Part shown: positions 37,455 to 45,248 of the stretch, one piece after another
Numbering within the stretch: position 1 is the first letter of the stretch
Layout of the letters: each line of letters begins with the position of its first letter
From: Adineta steineri
Lineage: Eukaryota
Length of the DNA: 45,248 bases
NCBI GenBank assembly: GCA_905250115.1
Contig: CAJNOI010000182.1
Coordinates: 108,962-154,209, forward strand
Direction: 5' to 3'
Notes under the pieces: model-generated
What the model saw: only the letters and a program-made list of their open reading frames with translations
What the model was told of the DNA's origin: nothing
The model's database searches: none
Translations under genes and position numbers: made by a program

Positions 37455-37655
37455 GAAAAAAAACGAAATCAATGAAAACTTCCTTCTTAAGAATGGAGTT
37501 TGCACTGTACATTTCTCACATAAAGATCGTCGTGTTGTTATTCTAATTGAACAGATGAAACTAGTAACACCAAAATAAAATAATAAAGTTGTTTGATTAT
37601 CAATCATCAATTTTTTTCAAACGAATTGTTGTTTTATTTAAAAGATTTATGTCAT
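37455..37655 (+). repeat. Dispersed ~200-bp repeat 'R', copy 1. Copy 2 is at 45052..45248.
   Basis: aaacgaaatcaatgaaa..ggagtttgcactgtacatttc..gataaagatcgtc(g/a)tgttgttatt(c/t)taattgaacagatg(a/g)aactagt(a/g)acaccaaaa..ttttttcaaacgaat..ttttatttaaaagatt is about 88% identical between copies. It carries a short conserved ORF ..GVCTVHF(S/P)(H/D)KDR(R/H)VVILIEQM(K/E)LVTPK. Confidence 0.7.
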
Positions 37656-38239
37656 TGGTAGAGATAGTAAAAGCGCATCGTCTGATCTACTTTCAGTTGA
37701 TAATCAAGATGGTGTTGTTCAACTGCATGAAAACATTTCGGATAATCATATACTATGAATTAGTCTTAAGTATTTATGCAAATGTATTTGACCTCACTAC
37801 TGTGTGTATGTGTATTATGTCTTTCTCTTTGTCTTTTTACTGTTGTTTATAAATAATTCAAAAGATAAAAGAAAGATTTGATTAAAATATTAAATAAATA
37901 GTTTTTGTTGTACAATCAACTGAATGACGAGAAATTTACATACCTTCTTTTTTGATCTTTGGTTGAGATAAGTTAGTCATGTACGAGATTCTATTTATGA
38001 AACAATAAATTTCAATTCAATTTTGATTCGCGTCAAGCTCCTTTTTTTATTTTTCATTGTACATATACTCTGCAACATCAGATAATGTTGTATTGGATGA
38101 TTTTTTTTATTATAAAATGAGAATGAGAAATGATCCTTAATAGTTGATATTTCTTTATATTTAAGAAATATTGTTACGTTATAAATACAACATTTATCAT
38201 GTTATTCAGTTTATTGAATAAATCAAAACGTAAATAAAT

Positions 38240-40522
38240 TTACTTATACAACGAAGGAAAATAACGACATAAATCTTCCGAATGCACCACTGGTTCTATC
38301 GAAGTTATTTTTGTCACCTTAGCACAATTGCGTCGTGTTTCTTCCCTAGTAAAGTCTTTTGTTACAGTTTTTAAATCATCAACATAGACTTCAAATTCAG
38401 TCAGACAAGGTACGAATGTCTTTGTTTCATTTAGAAATTGATCAATATAATCTCTATGTGCAGATACGACACCAAGTACAGTCAGATGAGGATATTCAAT
38501 AATCGACTGTAATAGACAATTTTCAGATGACAATGTCATAAGACCATTTAAATTTTGTGATTTTTCATTCCGAATAAAAAGATGCTTGAGTAACGGAAAC
38601 GATCGGGCAATTCGCATGAAGAATTCATGTTCGAATGGAATAATATCTTGTATAACTAAATAGGTAACATAACTAAATACAATATTTGGAAAGTTATTGC
38701 CAATATCTCGGAGATAATCAAATCCAAAAGGAAGTGAGAAAACGGAGCATGCAGCTCTCACACCATAAATACAATTAACTTCACTAATAACATAATTGAC
38801 CATACTACTGACATGTTGTTGTCCAATATTTCTTAATTTTATTCGAATATCTTCACTTGATAACTTGCAGGATAAAACAGCTGGATCAACATAAGTACAA
38901 ATATAGAAAGTGAATGAACGAAGTTGTGGCATATAATCCAAAATATCATGTTGAACATAAGTACCACCAATAACTCTATTTCGACCTTTTATAGAAATAT
39001 TTAGAGTTAACTTTTCCAGATCTGACATACGACGAAGAAGTAATACAACTTTATCATATTGATATAATGGGCAGGACGATTTTAATGAGAAACATTTTAG
39101 ATTCAATAATTTATCCTACAAAAAGAAAGAAATGTTTTTTTGATAATCTATAAGATTAAGTCATTGGCATCATTATTTTACACATGATATATCATCTATA
39201 TTCTATCTGTGAATGACCACAAATGACAAATCTATTAAATTGATTTTCTCATTTTATAGCACAACAAACGAATGTTAAAAGAACAATCAAAGCTTCAGAC
39301 CGCAAACTTTCGATCATATCTGAATTATTAGAAAAATTGTTATTATAGAAAAACTTTCGTTCCATCCAATGCTGATGATCATTCACATATGATAATATTT
39401 GATCAATCATGAAACAGAGTAGTCCAGTTTTTAATGTGAACTATATTCGATAAAATATTATATAGTTATAATTTCTGGCTACAAATTTCATTGGTTCGTT
39501 TATTAAATTGTAATTTCTACTACCTACAAACTAAATGTTGATGATTTTGATATATTCCTCAACACGAATATTTTTTTCTCCTTATCAAAATAAAACTTAA
39601 ACTTTCAATCTTATCTCAATTTTTTGAGATCAATCGTTAACTGCATTGAAATAGCCGTAATCTTCGTGGCATAAATGAAATTATTTGTAACAACTTACCA
39701 TATTGCGAACACTCTCTGAGTGTGTGTCTATATAATAGACATTAACACACAATGTTGCCAATTTTTTAAGTCGACCATCAAGTAAATAAAGACAATCACC
39801 AAAAGTTTCGACATTGATATATAAATGAGTAAGAGTCGAAGATGAAAAAGTAGTCGATGGCAAATAACAAAGTGATAAAGGTGGACATGACCTAACAGAT
39901 GGTTCTATGATACTTAATTTTTTTAAGTTTTTGAAAAAGATCAAGATGTAAGCATATACATTATCAGTATATATCTTCGGGAAATATTCCTTGTTGTATT
40001 TATCATCATTGATAAGAATAAGGTTTGTAATTTGTTCTTGAAAAATAGATCGAAGTGATGATTTATCTAAAGGAGAAAAGTGATGTATTGAAACATATTA
40101 TTCTTCTTTCATTTGTAACTCTTTTATTATTTCTCAACTAATCAAAGTCATATTAAATGCTTACTTGTAAAATAGTTTGAAGCGATTTCTTCTTGGAAAT
40201 GAAAAATTGTAAGTTTAGTTAAATTTGGATAGTCAGTAGCAAGAAGAATACGTTCCATAAACATTGGATCAAAAGCAAAACATTTCACATTGTGATGAAT
40301 TCTTGGTAATATATCACTGCAGAATCGATCGATGATAGAAATATTATCAATGGAAACAAACTTGAGAATGTTGCTGAAAATATTTTCTTGTGCAAGAATG
40401 TTAAGTCGTCCATCATTCATATCCAATAAAGAATATAGTATATCGATATTGTTCAAGTACTTCAAAATAATAAGCAATATTTCATTAGGTAAATCCAGAA
40501 GATGAGCATTCGATCGGTTCAT
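38240..40522 (-). CDS. F-box protein (N-terminal F-box, long C-terminal region of unrecognised type), 3 exons, about 530 aa.
   Basis: Exons are 40165..40522, 39699..40066 and 38240..39115. The N-terminus MNRSNAHLLDLPNEILLIILKYLNNIDILYSLLDMN is a textbook F-box (LP.EIL..I..YL). The downstream exons are collinear in frame. Intron 2, at about 583 bp, is unusually long for this locus, so a missed exon or a two-gene split cannot be excluded. Confidence 0.65.
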
Positions 40523-40914
40523 ATTTTATTATGAGTATGATGTTTTTGACTAAGATAAAGCTTTATATATACATACATATTTGTTCATTATTTTCATCTC
40601 ATACTTTGACCTCAAACAGAATGAAAATTTAGCAATGTGATTGATCTATTTCAAGTTAAATCATCTTTTTAGACGCTTTATTCGTTAATTCAGTCTGTTT
40701 GGACGTTTTGTGTCAACGTTAGATTGAAGGATGACACATTGAGAAGAAGAAAGGATATATTTCTCCTATAACAGAGTTAGCTGAACTTCATTCATTTAGT
40801 ATTTTTTACATTCGAGATTTTTACATTTTAAAATCAAATATGAAGTGTTTGATGATGATTCGATCGTGCACTGTTAATCTATATACGTGTCGGATAAAAA
40901 AACTTTTTTTCCAT

Positions 40915-41008
40915 TCTGTGACCAATCAGATAAAAGTGACTGACCTGGATCCTGTCTATTATATAATAGACAGGGTCAGTTTGGGTACTGTTATCTGATT
41001 GGTCACAG
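40915..41008. repeat. 94-bp near-perfect palindrome (foldback / MITE-like) carrying two inverted CCAAT boxes. A truncated third arm lies at 41045..41110.
   Basis: ctgtgaccaatcagataaaagtgactgacctgg...ctgtctattatataatagacag...ttatctgattggtcacag. The centre of symmetry is at about 40962. It lies between the F-box gene start (40522, minus strand) and the plus-strand ORF at 41281. Confidence 0.6.
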
Positions 41009-41280
41009 ACTGGAAAAATTATATATATATATTTTTTTTTTTAATTCTATGACCAATCAAAATCAAAGAAAAGTGATCGGACTGAACCGTATCTATTATT
41101 ATATAGATGATATCTGATAATACCATGTATTCTAGCAAAACAACTCGCCGATAGACCAGATGCAAATAATCATTAGGAATTACGCGATTATGCTTCATCA
41201 CGTTGTGCGCAAATGATCAGGTAAATATAGAGTTTAAACAAATAAAATTTCATTTGTAAACATGTTTTTTCTTCTTAATT

Positions 41281-42487
41281 AGAATGTTTCCAGCTAGTAT
41301 TCATCGTTTACAAAATCGTATTGTACGAAATTTTCGTCGAACATTTCAAAGTGAACATATCACTTATTACTCACTATGGAGCACTTGCTGATTTATGTGA
41401 AATGGATCAAGAAATAAATAGATAAAGTATAAAGTCTAATAAATTCTGTACATTTTCATTTATTTAGACAATTGAACAATACGTATTTTCTATAACAAGA
41501 ACATTTGGTGATCGAATTGTAAAATCATGTGGAAATCTATCACTACCACCGATTGATAAAATAATGTTGATCGAATTAATGGTGTTACATCGGTAAATAA
41601 TATCTATTTATTATATAATTAATTTATATAATTTTTATATCTTTTGTAAAAATATAATCCAACAGCTTACCGTACATTATGTTCAACACCTAATGATCTT
41701 GAACATTTTAAAGAAGACGTTGCTATTTTTTATGAACAACGTTTATATACACAAGTTATCCAACTTCAGCAACAATCAAGACCCACAACTTGACCTACGC
41801 AAGTGTAGATATTTGTTATTATGTTATAACAAAATAAATTTAAATATATATTTAGAATATATGTTGGTGGTCATCTTTGTAATTTAATTAATCCAATAAG
41901 TGGAACAAAGTAAATTCAATAATATTTAATTTATTTAAATAATAAATTTTTTATTTCAATTAGTTATTGAATTGTAACTGATACTGATCTTCAATGTTTT
42001 TTTGAAGGTACAGAAGTTGGTTAGTAAAATTTGATTATATACTTAATTATATGTCTCGACTAAAATTACGAATAAAATTAAGAATATAAACGACTTAAAT
42101 TGAAATAAAATAAATTGAAATGAATCAATAGCTCTACTCAATGGTCAACCAACTCCAGAAGTTGTTCAAACGGCTTCAAATGATTTACCAACAATTTATC
42201 CATTATCAGTTACAGTAACAGCGACAAGTACACTTTATATAATAACTTTTCCACCTGAAATGGATAATGTACTATTACTTACTTGTATTTCAACATCAAC
42301 AAATCCTCCTAATGTTACTGAAATAGTTCAAGGTGTTGCATCAGGTTCTCAAATAGCATTTGAATTTGATGGTCAATTAACAGAATATATTGGTTTTACA
42401 AATAATAGTATAAATTCATCAAAACTTCAATCAACATTTAATGAAGTATTTAGTATTCAATGTCCAATATCTCTTAATAACATTTAA
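41281..42487 (+). CDS. Putative multi-exon gene of unknown function. The exon chain is not resolved.
   Basis: Candidate exons are 41281..41390 (MFPASIHRLQNRIVRNFRRTFQSEHIT..), 41470..41590 (TIEQYVFSITRTFGDRIVKSCGNLSLPPIDKIMLIELMVLH, bounded by ttatttag / gtaaat), about 41660..41800, and 42135..42487 (LLNGQPTPEVVQTASNDLPTIYPLSVTVTATSTLYIITFPPEMDNVLLLTCISTS...FSIQCPISLNNI*, preceded by acceptor ..aatcaatag). I could not connect the frames unambiguously. Confidence 0.25.
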
Positions 42488-42654
42488 GCAACTACATCAA
42501 TCGTTTATCTTGAAAATTTGAACCAGATTGTTATTATGATGAAACAAATTTGATTTATATAATTTGATTTACAGTTTTTTTAATCTTGCCATTTATGACA
42601 ATAGATTTGTAAATTTTTTTTAGATAAAAATTTTAAATTTTCTTAAATACTCAT

Positions 42655-44216
42655 ATGAAAATGGCTGCAAGTAATAATGATGGTAAATATGAAACTGTTC
42701 CTGTAGCTGATAAACATGCCGGTGATGAATTACAAGTTGAAGATCAGAACGACGAGGACCATAATACTGTTGTTCTACCAGCTCAATTATTGCGAGATAT
42801 ATTCGATTCATTTAAGAAACTTTTCATCATCATTCATCATCAAGTACATGATAAATCTCTTGTATGCGTTGGTAAAACGCAGAACGTTAGATTAGCTCTT
42901 CCTGGTCCAAAAATGAAAATGAGTCGTGTAATAAGGAAAAATTTGAATATATTATTAAATGATGTTGTGACATTTGACGCATGCCAAAATATTATAGAAG
43001 GTGAACGTCTTGAAGTCGCACCCATTTATGATACCATTAATGGATTAACAGGAAGTCTATTAAATATTTTTTTAATACCATATTTTCGTATTAAAAATCC
43101 TGGTCGACCGGTGAATCAAGGTGAATTTTTTATTGTTCGTGCAGCTATGCGTGCTGTAGAATTTCAAGTTATTAAAACTGTACCAGAACCGTATTGTATT
43201 GTTGGACCCAAAACAAAAATAGTTTGTAAAGATGTTCCAGTTAAACGTGAAGAAGTGAAATCATCGTTGAATGAAGTTGGTTATGATAGTATTGGTGCTG
43301 TAAAAAAACAACTGGCATCAATTAAAGAAATGGCTGAATTTACATTACGACATCAACCATTAATTAAACTAAGTGGTGCTACACTGGCACAACGTATTCT
43401 TCTCTATGGACCACCTGGCACAGGTATAACAAAAAGAAATCTTATTTTATTAAGAAAAAAAATGTTTTATATTTTAGGGAAAACATTGGTCGCACGTGCC
43501 GTGGCAAACGAAACAGGTGCATCATTCTTTTTAATTAGTGGACAAGAAATGATGTCTAAATTAGCTGGTGATGAAGAAGTAACATTAACTAAAGTTTTTG
43601 AAGAAGCTGTAAAAGTAAATACATAATAGTTTTTTTTAAATAATTAAAATTAAGAAATTATTCGGTATTATTTTATTTATAGAAATCTTCAGCCATCATT
43701 TTCATTGATGAGCTCGATGCTATCGTACGAAAACGTCAAAATACACATGGTGAAGTTGAATGTTGCATAGTATCACAATTATTAACAATAATGGAGAATC
43801 TTAAACAACATTCACATGTTCTTTTTATGGCTGCCACAAATCAACCAAATGACATTGATTCAAAACGATTTGGTTTTAATCTCGAAGTTGATTTGAACAT
43901 AGCCGATGATGATGTTAATGGTCGTTTAGAGATCCTTCTTATACATACAAAAAATTGGAATCTACATCATGATGTTAATTTAGAACAGATTGCTAAAGAA
44001 ACACCCGGTTATGTTGGTGGAAACTTAGTCTCATTATGTTCAGAAGCTTATTTACAACAACTTCGAGAAAAAAAGGATATTTTTGTTCCAGGTCAAGATA
44101 CATATCCTGTTGAAAAACTCGATTTATTATGTATTACTGAAGAAAATTTTCGAGTTGCATTGGAGCTATCAAAAAAAACAGTTCTACGCAAATCTGTTTC
44201 AAAGAAAAAAGACTGA
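42655..44216 (+). CDS. VCP/p97/CDC48-like AAA+ ATPase paralog, truncated to N domain + D1 domain (no D2), 3 exons, 477 aa.
   Basis: Exons are 42655..43423, 43478..43608 and 43683..44216. Splicing of intron 1 (54 nt, gtataac..ttttag) restores the Walker A P-loop GPPGTG|[14 protein letters not shown]. The product aligns with p97 from the N domain through D1: ..[241 protein letters not shown]... It stops where the D1-D2 linker would begin. Confidence 0.85.
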
Positions 44217-44403
44217 TCCTAAGTTGTCAGTAAGCATTTAAGAACTGTATTCTTTTTATATTCTGTTTTCATCATTTGCTGTTGTTCACTTTTCTTCTTT
44301 TTTTATTTCCTTTAACATCAAATAAAATGTAAAAAAAAAAGACAGAATGATGAAAATAACATGTCTTCATATATTTTTTTTTTTCGATTGGGCGAGCTTG
44401 AGG

Positions 44404-44460
44404 TAGTGGGTGTGGATGGAATAGAATACACACACGAACACTCTCGTCCACGCCCACCCT
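44404..44460. repeat. GT-rich quasi-palindromic hairpin element, copy 4, located 3' of the VCP-like gene.
   Basis: gtagtgggtgtggatggaatagaatacacacacgaacactctcgtccacgcccaccc. It has the same GTGGGTGTGG...CCACRCCCACCC architecture as the 35273/35404/35946 copies. Confidence 0.5.
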
Positions 44461-45051
44461 TCATTATCAGTATGAAATTCGTCATCAACATTAACATCAA
44501 ATATTAGTTCATTACTTGGTTCTTCTGGTGAACCAACAAATGTTGCTTCCAATTAATCATCTAATGCTTATTCACCATATTCAAATCATCCAACACAATC
44601 ACCAGTTATGCAAATCAATTATCAATGTAAAAAACAAACAAAATAAAAATTATAAGAAATATTTCTTTAAAAATCCTTTTTGTTTTTATATAGCATAAAG
44701 TTCTTATATTCTAACACCAGTTGTATCAAGTGATAGTTTTTCTTCATCATCGAATAATAATACTTCATCTGACCAATCTTCATTTGAAAATAATGTTTAA
44801 TTACCAACAATAAACATTACACCTGTGACACCAAGTGCACAATATGCACCAGTGCCAACTTCACTTCGTTAGTTTTTTCTTCATCTTTTCTTGATAAATA
44901 TAAGAATTAAATGAATAGACTTTGACTCAATAACAAATAATGATTGACATACAGAAGATTTGTATGCTAGAATCAAAGTTTCAAATAAAGATGAAACAAT
45001 TTATGTTGAAATGATTGGTGTTATTCAAAGTATATCTGTAGATTTTCTATT

Positions 45052-45248
45052 AAAGAAGAAAACGAAATCAATGAAAGTTTCTTTTCTTAAGCAGGGAGTT
45101 TGCACTGTACATTTCCCAGATAAAGATCGTCATGTTGTTATTTTAATTGAACAGATGGAACTAGTGACACCAAAACAAAACGATAAAGTTATTTGATAAT
45201 CATTTATCTATTTTTTTTCAAACGAATCGATTTTTTATTTAAAAGATT
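45052..45248 (+). repeat. Dispersed ~200-bp repeat 'R', copy 2. It runs to the end of the window.
   Basis: See 37455..37655. The conserved short ORF here reads ..KQGVCTVHFPDKDRHVVILIEQMELVTPKQNDKVI*. Confidence 0.7.

Noticed and set aside
44272-44552. Minus-strand ORFs of about 61 aa downstream of the VCP-like gene (for example MEATFVGSPEEPSNELIFDVNVDDEF..).
   Set aside because: They are short, mutually overlapping and overlap the GT-rich hairpin. There is no homology or splice context. I left them unannotated, though 44367..44552 looks mildly protein-like.

Overview
This is eukaryotic (metazoan-type) nuclear DNA, about 70% A+T. Protein-coding genes are interrupted by many very short GT-AG introns (about 47-100 bp, donor often GTAAGT/GTATGT, acceptor TTTTAG). 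There are no prokaryotic features (no operons, CRISPR or rRNA). By translating both strands I could support nine well-defined spliced genes: a 14-3-3 protein, a GNAT-type acetyltransferase with a signal anchor, a Gln/Met-rich low-complexity protein, a neuropeptide precursor, a CXXC+PHD zinc-finger protein, a SUN-domain nuclear-envelope protein, major vault protein, an F-box protein, and a truncated VCP/CDC48-like AAA ATPase containing only the N and D1 domains. The remainder is AT-rich intergenic DNA with microsatellites, MITE-like elements and long ORF-free stretches. The most unusual region is 35.2-37.7 kb. It reads as a decayed, transposon-invaded duplicate of the VCP-like locus at 42.6-45.2 kb. 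It holds a stand-alone CDC48 N-domain ORF, a frameshifted tandem copy of that ORF, and a D1-domain fragment lying between inverted MITE copies. It also holds several copies of a GT-rich hairpin element and a ~200-bp repeat; each of these two is seen once more next to the intact VCP-like gene. Exon coordinates were derived by hand and may be off by 1-3 nt. The organism cannot be named from sequence alone.
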